DNA of 59,965 nucleotides from Candidatus Woesearchaeota archaeon (GTDB taxonomy: Archaea; Nanobdellota; Nanobdellia; Woesearchaeales; GW2011-AR4), in NCBI GenBank assembly GCA_016177615.1, contig JACOUX010000019.1:1-59965 (forward strand), in the 5' to 3' direction. Below, piece after piece: positions 29,034-37,700 of the stretch. The notes under the pieces were generated by a model, which was not told where the DNA came from, searched no databases, and worked only from the letters and a program-made list of their open reading frames with translations. How positions within the stretch are numbered: the stretch's first letter is position 1; each line of letters begins with the position of its first letter. A program made the translations under genes and the position numbers.

Positions 29034-29446
29034 TTGAATATTTCTTCATTTAATCTTCTTGCAGGCCGCAGCTTTACATTATCATCATTGTCAGTTGTTG
29101 ATATTTCCAAAACAGTGCTTTTTGGCACTAATGATTTGAACGTATGAATCACCCTTGGCTCCAGCCTGAATTTGTCGCCTTTCTCCAAAACAATTGTGCT
29201 GGCAGGAGCATCTAATCCGCTTGCATAAGTGAGAGAGACCTTGCCTTCAATGACAACAAACGTCTCGTCTTTGCGCTCATGATAATGCCAGCTTGACTCG
29301 AACCCCTCGTGCAAAATCAAAAGCTTATTGCAGTACTTTTCGTTGTTCTCAATCCACAGCTCATAGCCCCAAAGATGGTCGTGCCTCTCGCCTTTAAACC
29401 CTGCCAAAAATTTAACATGCTCCTCTTTGAATTTTTTCTCTGACAT
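29030..29446 (-). CDS. Cupin-domain protein (sugar isomerase/epimerase-like)
   Basis: ESSWHYHERKDETFVVIEGKV...RLEPRVIHTF matches the two-motif cupin signature; 138 aa. First gene of the operon. Confidence 0.75.
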   Translation of the reverse strand: MSEKKFKEEHVKFLAGFKGERHDHLWGYELWIENNEKYCNKLLILHEGFESSWHYHERKDETFVVIEGKVSLTYASGLDAPASTIVLEKGDKFRLEPRVIHTFKSLVPKSTVLEISTTDNDDNVKLRPARRLNEEIFK

Positions 29447-29458
29447 TATTCCACCTTA

Positions 29459-29477
29459 AGTATGAACTTTTCATACT
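29459..29477. promoter_or_regulatory. 8-3-8 perfect palindrome in the divergent promoter region; candidate operator
   Basis: AGTATGAA-ctt-TTCATACT. The half-site ACTTTTCATAC recurs as a direct copy at 29550-29560. AT-rich TATA-like tracts lie between them. Confidence 0.45.
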
Positions 29478-29576
29478 CTATTTATAAGCTTTTCGCTTTT
29501 GGATTATATACTTGATAATATAAATATATATAAAGTAATACTTTTTACTACTTTTCATACCTTAAATCCTGTCAAA

Positions 29577-30329
29577 ATGGCAAAATCCAAGATTGCGATA
29601 TCTGTTGACAATTCCCTGCTGAAGCTCGTAGACTCAAAAGTGGACGGAAGCGTAATCAGGAGCAGGTCGCAGGCGATAGAATATTTCATGAAAAAAGGGC
29701 TGCAGGAGCAGTCTGTCAGCACTGCCGTATTATTGCTCAAGGGAGAGCATCAGGAAAATGCGCTTAAGGATGGGAAAGGAACCAGTTTGATAAGGCAGCA
29801 GATTGATTTCTTTGCAAGCCACGGAATAAACAAGCTGTACATTGTAACTCAGCATACAAGGCACATGAATAAGCTGCTGGAGGCAGTTTCAGGCTCTAAA
29901 ATCAATGTAGAGATTGTTGAAAAGCAGGCAAAAGGCAATGCAGAGGCAATGACAGCAATAAAGGATAGGGTGAAAAATAGCTTTATCGTGATGTCCGGCG
30001 ATACGTACAATAACTTTGACTTGTTAAAAATGATAAAGAAGCACATAGATACCGATAAACTATCAACAATGGGGCTGATGACAAGGGAAAAGCCCTCACA
30101 TTATGGAACGGCAATCTTGGACGGAGATTTAATTGTTGATTTCCAGGAAAAGCCGAAGCATTATTCCACCAATATAGTTAATGCCGGGATTTATATCTTC
30201 AAGCCCGAGGTCTTTGAATTATTTGAAGGCGCGGCTTCACTGGAGAAAGAGCTGTTTCCAAGATTGGCAAGGTTAAAGCAATTGGTTGGGTTTTTTACGT
30301 ATGGGGAATATGTGCATGTTGGGGATTAG
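29577..30329 (+). CDS. Ribbon-helix-helix (CopG/NikR-type) domain fused to a nucleotidyltransferase-like domain with degenerate active-site loop
   Basis: N-terminus KIAISVDNSLLKLVDSKV...RSRSQAIEYFMKKGL is an RHH pattern. The C-terminus aligns to the HddC-type NTase (MSGDTYNNFDL, NAGIYIFKPEVFE), but the GGxGxR loop is replaced by LLKGEHQ. ATG 29577 is preferred over the TTG at 29499. Confidence 0.6.
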   Translation: MAKSKIAISVDNSLLKLVDSKVDGSVIRSRSQAIEYFMKKGLQEQSVSTAVLLLKGEHQENALKDGKGTSLIRQQIDFFASHGINKLYIVTQHTRHMNKLLEAVSGSKINVEIVEKQAKGNAEAMTAIKDRVKNSFIVMSGDTYNNFDLLKMIKKHIDTDKLSTMGLMTREKPSHYGTAILDGDLIVDFQEKPKHYSTNIVNAGIYIFKPEVFELFEGAASLEKELFPRLARLKQLVGFFTYGEYVHVGD

Positions 30330-30346
30330 GATTATTTTTTAAACAT

Positions 30347-30414
30347 CGGAATTCCACCCTATCTATTATAGGCGGTTTCGTAAACTCAACCACAGACATT
30401 ATTGTGGAATTCCG
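30347..30414. repeat. 11-bp perfect inverted repeat (CGGAATTCCAC ... GTGGAATTCCG) enclosing 46 nt
   Basis: 30347-30357 and 30404-30414 are exact reverse complements. The second arm overlaps the start of motif copy B. Confidence 0.6.
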
Positions 30415-30437
30415 ACTGTGCTCAAAAACCACCTATC
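30410..30437. repeat. Copy B of the 28-nt intergenic motif
   Basis: TTCCGActgTGCTCAAAAACCACCTaTC compared with copy A at 17943-17970. Confidence 0.5.
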
Positions 30438-30496
30438 ATATTTGTAATTTCTATATAATAGTAACATTTATATAATATTTTGATTTGCTGAGGATA

Positions 30497-31564
30497 ATGG
30501 CAGAAGTATTGCAATTCAAAATATATAAAGCTGTTGCGGAGAGAAGTGATAATGGAAATTTGGTTAAACTTTGGTATCCTAAAGATAAAGAAATAACTTA
30601 TACCCCATTTCCTCCAAGGATAGAATTTGGGATAGAGTCCTATGAGCGCTTAATGACTGATGGACGGACAGAAATAGCCAATAATGAAAATCCAATAAAT
30701 CCCCCATCTGGCGTAGAACTCTATTTTTTTAACGATGATAAATTTGTTTGTGGTAACAGAGGTCTTGGTGCAAGAACACAGAAAAAAACACATACTGCAT
30801 ATGGGGGCTACCCTCAATCTTTAGATGAGGTTTTAAGTGCTGAAGGCATTAGGAGTATTGCGTATCGCGAATATGCCGAGGAGATTGTAATGCTAATAAG
30901 GGATGCTCCTTCATATATGGTTATACCTAACATGACAGATGAAAACCGGCTTAAAGAACGTGTTGAATACTCCTTAAGATGTGCAAGGGAAAGGTTAGGA
31001 TTAGAATTAAAGCCACACATCGTTGATGTTGAATTTAAAGAGCCAGTTGATACACTTGAAGTTTATAACGAAAATGATGAGATATTATTTAAAACAAAAG
31101 TTAATTTAGACTGGATTTTTCATCCTGTTACTTCACTCGAAGCATTTTATTCAGGACGTTTTACCAACTTGTCTTCTGAAGAAATTATTCCGTTTGATAC
31201 AGAAGGAGACTTTGCAAATGGAAAATTTAATCGCTTAAACCTTGAATCTTGGGTAGTGGACTTAGAAGATATTAAGGGAAAACCATTTGGATGCATATTA
31301 AAAAATCCAAGAGTTTACCAGACTCAATTTGAAGGAAGCACTCCCCAAGCAGCTATTGTTAATTTTTCTGAGCCATATATTGGTCCTGAAGGAATAGCTG
31401 TCGTGAGCCCTTATGTATTTTATCCTAATCAATTGTTAGTTAGATTGCTTGGTGCGCATGGTGTCCAGGGATTTGAAAACTGGGTTAAAATTCAACATCA
31501 AAAAGATAAAGCGCAGATGGACGGCAAATTTTTGATTGACGAAGCATTAGTGAGGAAAGGATAA
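30497..31564 (+). CDS. Hypothetical protein with a degenerate Nudix-box-like segment
   Basis: E-GIRSIAY-RE-Y-A-EE-I-V-M fits E-x7-RE-U-x-EE-x-G-U except for Gly to Val and the missing upstream Gly. A GAGG ribosome-binding site lies 5 nt before ATG 30497. No other recognisable domain. Confidence 0.4.
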   Translation: MAEVLQFKIYKAVAERSDNGNLVKLWYPKDKEITYTPFPPRIEFGIESYERLMTDGRTEIANNENPINPPSGVELYFFNDDKFVCGNRGLGARTQKKTHTAYGGYPQSLDEVLSAEGIRSIAYREYAEEIVMLIRDAPSYMVIPNMTDENRLKERVEYSLRCARERLGLELKPHIVDVEFKEPVDTLEVYNENDEILFKTKVNLDWIFHPVTSLEAFYSGRFTNLSSEEIIPFDTEGDFANGKFNRLNLESWVVDLEDIKGKPFGCILKNPRVYQTQFEGSTPQAAIVNFSEPYIGPEGIAVVSPYVFYPNQLLVRLLGAHGVQGFENWVKIQHQKDKAQMDGKFLIDEALVRKG

Positions 31565-31578
31565 AAGTGGTTATTTTT

Positions 31579-32541
31579 ATGAATAAGAAAGCATTTCAGT
31601 TAGAAGATTTATTGTCAAGTTTAGGATTTGATGATAAAACAGTTGTATTAGGCGTAGCTTCATTGTTGGGCGGGCAAGCAATTAGGAGGAATCATAGATT
31701 ATCTGATCAGCCTCAAACAATTAAGAGTGATGGCTCTACTGTAGGAACACTAGACCAAATTAGCGGCAGAGCTATATCAAAATATGTCAATTCAACCCAA
31801 GCAATACATACAGTTAGATTTAAGTCTGAAGAAAACACGTATTTCAAACAGCCTGAGTCCTTTGAGTTCGCTGGAATTTTTGACGAGCTTGATGGAAGCA
31901 TAAATCCGCTTATGGGTGGAACTAATTTATATTATATTGGGGTAGGCGGTGTTATTCATCAAAGAGAAGGTGATAAGCAAATTGCAGCTGCTGTTTATTT
32001 GCCGTTTGATGATCCAAAATCAATATTCGTAGCTGAAAAAGGAAAAGGCACATACAGAATAAACCTGTCAAGAATGGATTTCAATAAACTTATCCTACAG
32101 AAATTCGTTTCCCAGAAAAACACACTACTTGAGTCAGGGTGGATGAGCGAATCAACATTATTAGCTGAGCAGGCTTTACGTGAAAGCGGTTTTTATCGGG
32201 AAATGGGATATAACACTGCAAGGGATAAAAATAGCGGTGGCATGTTTCAAACAATCAAAGCTATTAGAGACAACCATCAGGTATTGGTAAATTTTGCTCC
32301 GTCTCATCAAGCAGACTATTGTTATCTTTTATTGCAAGAAGCTGGAGCAGATGTTATTGGACAAGATGGAAGCCAGATTTATTCAACAAGTTACGCCATG
32401 CTTTCCATAGCTCCATCTTTTAGTGGAGATAAAGAGAAGCTTAAAAATACATTTGTTGAAGCAATGAGATCCCCTATTTTAGGTAATAATTATATGGGGG
32501 TTTATCCTGGAAAGATTATATTAAATAGAGTATGTGAATAA
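31579..32541 (+). CDS. Inositol-monophosphatase/FBPase/CysQ-fold phosphatase-like protein
   Basis: KSEEN (metal-binding Glu), FDELDGSINP (a DPxDGT-like motif) and ADYCYLLLQEAGADV (a WDxAAG...EAGG-like motif). Confidence 0.6.
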   Translation: MNKKAFQLEDLLSSLGFDDKTVVLGVASLLGGQAIRRNHRLSDQPQTIKSDGSTVGTLDQISGRAISKYVNSTQAIHTVRFKSEENTYFKQPESFEFAGIFDELDGSINPLMGGTNLYYIGVGGVIHQREGDKQIAAAVYLPFDDPKSIFVAEKGKGTYRINLSRMDFNKLILQKFVSQKNTLLESGWMSESTLLAEQALRESGFYREMGYNTARDKNSGGMFQTIKAIRDNHQVLVNFAPSHQADYCYLLLQEAGADVIGQDGSQIYSTSYAMLSIAPSFSGDKEKLKNTFVEAMRSPILGNNYMGVYPGKIILNRVCE

Positions 32542-32547
32542 TTTTTT

Positions 32548-33687
32548 CTAAACCATCTTCTCAACTTCCTTCAGCACATCATCCACGCTTATGTTCTTCA
32601 TGCATTTTTGGTAGTCGTTTGAATTTCTTGGATAGAGGCAGTCAGGAACCTGTCCTTTGTGAACATTTATGCACGGTGAAAATTCACAGTTATATCCTTT
32701 GTACAGGCTAACATTCCCTTTGCCGTAAGGACCGAAGCGTACCGGGAGATTTGGGCCGAATAACCCAAGCGTCCTGATGCCCTGCGCTGCCGCGATATGC
32801 ATCGGGCCTGCGTCGTTGCCGACAAACAATTTGCATTTTGTGATTAAATAAAACAGCTGGGTCAAGGTAATTTTTCCAGCAAAATTAAAACACTTGCTTT
32901 TGTTCTCCATTTTTTCAATGATGCCATTCACTAAATCCATTTCATCAATGCTTCCAGAAAAAACTATCTTTGCATTATGCCTTGCAATAACTTCGTCACA
33001 CAGCTCAGCATACCTTTCAAGAGGCCACATCCTTGCCTTTGCAGATTCAGCTGCCCCGGGAGCAACACAAACAACAAAATCATTTTTTTTAATTCCATTT
33101 TTCTTCAAAAAATTGTCAACAATTTTAATATCATTTTTTGAATAATTCAGCTCAGGCAGCTTCTCTGCATCATAATCAATTCCCAAAATCCTTGCCAGAT
33201 CCAGAAATGTCTGCACAGCATGCTGCTTGTCATTATACCTGACTCTCTCGTCGTATAGTTTTGACCTTGCTCCATGGGAATAGCCGACAACTCTCTTTCC
33301 TGCAAAGAAAGAAATGATTGCGGAAACATTGAGGTATTCCTCCATATCAATAGCCAAGTCATATTTTTTGTTGTTATTTATAATAAAATTCAATACAGAA
33401 AACAGGCTTGTTTTGACATAAAGGATATTATCCACTTTATCATTGCCAAAAAAAACATCCTTATTTCTTGAGGTTGCGAGAATATCTATACGGGAATCGG
33501 AAAATTTTTTTCTCAGCGCTTCTATTGCCGGCAATGCCAATATTGTCTCTCCAATGCCCCATAGCTGGACAACCAGGATATTTTTAATTTCGGACTTATT
33601 AATGGGCTTTCGTTTAGCAAAAGCTCCGAGTAGGCGGCAAATGATTTTGCCCAAATGCCTGTCAATCAGCTTTGTAAGGAGTACCAT
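32548..33687 (-). CDS. Glycosyltransferase family 9 (heptosyltransferase-like), second copy
   Basis: ILVVQLWGIGETILALPAIEALRK and FVGNDAGPMHIAAAQGIRTLGLFGP are GT9 hallmarks. Confidence 0.8.
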   Translation of the reverse strand: MVLLTKLIDRHLGKIICRLLGAFAKRKPINKSEIKNILVVQLWGIGETILALPAIEALRKKFSDSRIDILATSRNKDVFFGNDKVDNILYVKTSLFSVLNFIINNNKKYDLAIDMEEYLNVSAIISFFAGKRVVGYSHGARSKLYDERVRYNDKQHAVQTFLDLARILGIDYDAEKLPELNYSKNDIKIVDNFLKKNGIKKNDFVVCVAPGAAESAKARMWPLERYAELCDEVIARHNAKIVFSGSIDEMDLVNGIIEKMENKSKCFNFAGKITLTQLFYLITKCKLFVGNDAGPMHIAAAQGIRTLGLFGPNLPVRFGPYGKGNVSLYKGYNCEFSPCINVHKGQVPDCLYPRNSNDYQKCMKNISVDDVLKEVEKMV

Positions 33688-33746
33688 AATGAGGCAGAAT
33701 ACTATGCGCTTTTTAAAGATTTAGAAATGCGGCTCAGCCATTCCAT

Positions 33747-34082
33747 TTATTTTTTTCTTGCTTTTTTGATAGCCAGCGACCTTACAACGGCTTCAATCCT
33801 GCCTTGGTTTTTTCTTGTAAGGGCGTATGTGTAAAAAATAGCCGCTATCAAAAAAAGAAAGCCGCTTATGGTCAGCAGATCCAATGCCCTCAGAAAGCCG
33901 ACTCTTTTTACTATTGGATCCAATATGGACGGAAAAAGCGCAACAATTATAAATAATATCCATAGCGCCAGCCAGAATGCAAATTCCTTTGTTGTGAATT
34001 CCCTTCTTTTGTAGTGCAGAAATGAATAATATACCATAAAAAGCCCAAACAAAAATCCTGCAATCTGAATCCCAAGCACCAT
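33747..34082 (-). CDS. Small membrane protein, DUF2304-like (commonly paired with GT2)
   Basis: 111 aa with 3-4 TM helices and a basic C-terminal tail, immediately downstream of a GT2 gene as in the DUF2304 family. Confidence 0.55.
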   Translation of the reverse strand: MVLGIQIAGFLFGLFMVYYSFLHYKRREFTTKEFAFWLALWILFIIVALFPSILDPIVKRVGFLRALDLLTISGFLFLIAAIFYTYALTRKNQGRIEAVVRSLAIKKARKK

Positions 34083-34086
34083 CTTT

Positions 34087-34755
34087 TCACCTTCCTCCGT
34101 TTAGTTTCCACCAAAGCATATTCAGAACTATCTTTATCCCGTCTATCACAGTTGTGCCCTTGTACTTGTCTGAATATATTGTCCGGATTGGAATTTGCAC
34201 ATATTTTAATCTTTGCTTTCCCGCCCTTGCTATCATCTCTGATTCCATCGAATAGTCTGAGGCGTTCCACCTGATTTTCCTGTATGCCTCGCTTGAAAAT
34301 GCCCTGAAGCCGCACTGCGTGTCCTGCAACTTTACATTGTATAATATCTCCACAATCCTGGATATGAACCAGTTTCCAAAATGAAGAACCAGAGGCATTT
34401 TTTTGCTTGGTTTCCTGTAGCCCAAAATAACGTCATACTTATCTAACTTTTCGATGAACCTTGGTGTATCGTCGGGATTGTGCTGGGCATCAGCGTCCAA
34501 TGCAATTATATGCTTGGCGCCGTTTTTTACAGCAAAGTCGCAACCTGTCTTGAGGGCCGCGCCCTTTCCCAAATTTACAATGTGCGTTAGCACAATTGCG
34601 CCTGCCTTTTCTGAAACATTCCTTGTTTTATCTTTGCTGCCATCATCAACTACAATGATATTTAAGACATGCTTTCTGGCCTTTCTTATAATGCCTGAAA
34701 TGCTTCTTTCTTCGTTATAGGCAGGTATCACCACCCAGATATTGCTGGTTTCCAT
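34087..34755 (-). CDS. GT2 glycosyltransferase (dolichyl-phosphate sugar synthase-like)
   Basis: WVVIPAYNEERSI...IIVVDDGSKDKT...ALDADAQHNP. Abuts the aglB stop with no gap. Confidence 0.85.
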   Translation of the reverse strand: METSNIWVVIPAYNEERSISGIIRKARKHVLNIIVVDDGSKDKTRNVSEKAGAIVLTHIVNLGKGAALKTGCDFAVKNGAKHIIALDADAQHNPDDTPRFIEKLDKYDVILGYRKPSKKMPLVLHFGNWFISRIVEILYNVKLQDTQCGFRAFSSEAYRKIRWNASDYSMESEMIARAGKQRLKYVQIPIRTIYSDKYKGTTVIDGIKIVLNMLWWKLNGGR

Positions 34756-37700
34756 TTAAGAATTATTTGCTAAAGATGTTTTGTTGGCTTCTGGCAAATT
34801 GGCAGGCTCACTGGATGCAATATTTGCGGATTCCATTTTCTCTTCGGATTTTACGAAAAAGCCGGCGTATTCATCTACTATTGTAGTATTCCTACCATCC
34901 CAGTCAACTTTATAGGTGTAGATATCAGTGCCAGTCAATCCCCTTTGATGATTAAATGGCTTAAAGAACCTCAGGCCATGGCCATTCATATAAAACATCC
35001 TGGTAAACATGCTTCCTGCAAGTTCCTTGTTTGTCAGGACAGCGCTTACCTCGCTCTTGCTGTTTGGAAGTATTGTAAGCCCTAAATCAGCAGTATTGCC
35101 TTCAAATTGCTTTTTCAAGACTCCGTCTTCTGTTGCAAAAGCAACTATTCTGGGCCTGACGATTCCCTCAGGGCCGACCCCGAAAACATCGTAGTTGCTC
35201 ATATTTATCTGGAATCCGTTGCTGCACTGGAACAATTTGGCATCATTCCTGCTGCAGCTTACAACTCCGCCGTATGCAGGCCAAGGAGCAATCCAGCTGT
35301 TTGCCCTTCTGTTCCTCTCGTTCGGGTCAGGCTCGTTTAGTATGTCCTGAACTTCTGAATAAATATTTTCTGCCGTATCCTTGGAATAATTGTACTCGTT
35401 CATAATTTTCTCAATCTGTTTCTGCTCGGGCAAATTCCTGTTGTACCATATATCTGCCCTTTTAAAATCCCAGCTTCCAAAATGTGCCCAGACACCGCTT
35501 TTGCCTATCATGTCCTCTGAAGCGATGAAATATGCCTCAGGAGGATTGCAGTGGGTATACTTCAATACGCTCTCCGCCTGGCTTGGGCTTAACCCATATC
35601 CCTTAAGCAAATCTTCGGCACCAGATCTGTCTAAAGAGACTATCTCGTTTATAATTCCTATTGATAAATGGTTGTCCTTGATTAGCTTGTATAGCTCATT
35701 AAATCCTTCGCCGCTTCCGCAGTCCAGCATTCTTAAAATTCCCATGGCCTTGGCTTCGTCGTCAAGCATCAGGATCTTGCCAACCCAGTGCGCAGGCGCA
35801 AATGTCTGGGTAGTGCCGTCAAATGTTACCCTTCTGTCAGCAAGCGCCTTAAAGTGGTGCCCAAAATCCCACCATGATGTTATTATTGCATCTTCTTTTG
35901 AGTCCTGCTTTATTGCTGCAAGGGCGTTATACCATACATCGTTTATCAGCGGTACGTCATACTTCGCTGCGTTTAGTGCAGCTTTAGTCGGGCTTATATA
36001 CATAAGAAGCAGCAAAATTATCAGAATGCCGCCACCAATTATTTTATGAATCTTAAGCTCCCTGTTCAGAGTTCTGGATAAATATCCGTAAGCCCTTCCC
36101 AGAGCAACCCCGAATGCCACGCTGAAAGCAGGTGCAAGCAGAAGAGTGAACCTTATTCCCTTGATGCTCGCAAAAATGGTGGAAGCAACCCATAAGGACA
36201 ATAATATTGGCAGCCTGAAGTCATATGACGAATCTTTTTTATAGATAGCAATCAGGATCCACACAATAATCGGAAGCATTATCCATGCCAGCAGGCCATA
36301 CAGCGATATCTCAATTCCTATCTTGATTAGGATAAAATATGATGTATAGAAAAGTATGGATACAATCAGATAAGCCAGCTCGAATCTTCTTATTCCTTCT
36401 TTTCTGGACACTGACAGCACAATTCCAAGAAGGCTGATGTAGAATAGGAAAGAGCCGCCTACAGAGTTGATGATGCCGCCTATCGAGCCCTCGTTAAGCT
36501 CGGCTACTGTTGTAAGCACGTTTGGCCAGACTGAAGTCGTGATAGGGGCCTTTATTGACGGGAAACTAAATGGCCCAATGAAGCTTTCCTTAAACGAGTT
36601 CCATCCCAAAAACATTGATACAAAGAGCAGGCTTGACGCAAAATAGACTATGCCAATTATAAGGATGTTCTTTAGCGCAGGCACGGATAAAACATGCAGG
36701 TAATCCCTCCTTATTTCATTAAAGCTTATTAAAACCATATATAAAAATGTGATTGCTATAGTAGCGATAATAAAGTCAAATATGTACCACCAGCCGCTCC
36801 ATGTAAACGAGAATACTCCTGTAAAAAAGCCAGCAGCCAAAGACAGGGCAGCAGCTTTTAAAATGCTTCGCACATCAAAAGCCAGTAAAAACAGCCATGT
36901 TACAATCAGCGGAAAAAAAACAACCCAAATGTCATTATCCGCATGGCCGAATAATGTTCTTCCGAGAAAAGCCCCGTTGACAGCCATGATTAGGCCAGCG
37001 AAAAAGCCGCTTAAGTTTCCGGCTATTCTTCTGGCGATAAGAAAAACAAGCATTATGCATAATGCCGAGACAAGGACAGGCAAATAGAATATAGAGCGCA
37101 TTAATGTAATGCCTGGGGAGAATAAGTGCACAAATTTATAGAAATAAGCCAATGAATATGCATGGAACATATCCGGAAATACAAATCTCCCGATTGGGGC
37201 CAATTGATGGGTGTCATATGACCTGCCGTCTTTCAAAATGTCTCCTGGATGGCCATTCTCGACAATGTTTTTTGCGTACCTAAACCAATAATAAGGATCA
37301 ATGTCAGGCATGTAGTTTTTTCCGCCCTCATCCTGGTAAAAAGACTTGAAGTATGCCGAAGTGGCTGTTATCTGGCTGTCAATCTGCTGCTTATTCTGGC
37401 TTGTAACTTTTTGAAGCTCGGTGCTGACAAGAGCGTCTTTGTTTGCATCAGGGAGATTTGGATACTGCTGGTCAATTGCAGACCTTATTTGCGACCTTAT
37501 TCCGTTGATAACGCTGTTTGACGCCCAGTCATCTGCAAACCCAAGTGAGCCTGCCTGCATCCTTACATAAATAGACAGGATGATCGGGATCAGAGCCAGC
37601 AAAACAACCCCATATTTCCTTAAAAAATCAGATATTGCGCTCCAATTTATTGGAATATCATGCTCATCACCATGCTCTTTTCCGGATGGCTTGAAGAAAT

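Noticed and set aside
29449-29456. CCACCT upstream of the cupin gene (29451-29456) and of aglB (37870-37875), considered as further copies of the AAACCACCT repeat
   Set aside because: On the minus strand these read AGGTGG at ribosome-binding-site distance from the ATGs at 29446 and 37860. They are most simply Shine-Dalgarno sequences (anti-SD complement GGAGGTGA) rather than repeat-element copies.
35390-36049. A 219-aa antisense ORF inside aglB, with similar long shadow ORFs at 41175-41711, 26399-26917, 6713-7081, 316-789, 44067-44486 and 10988-11392
   Set aside because: Each lies opposite a gene with strong family motifs. Their translations are Ser/Leu/Phe-rich and low-complexity, as is typical of antisense frames of AT-rich coding DNA. 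None has a start context or a recognisable motif.
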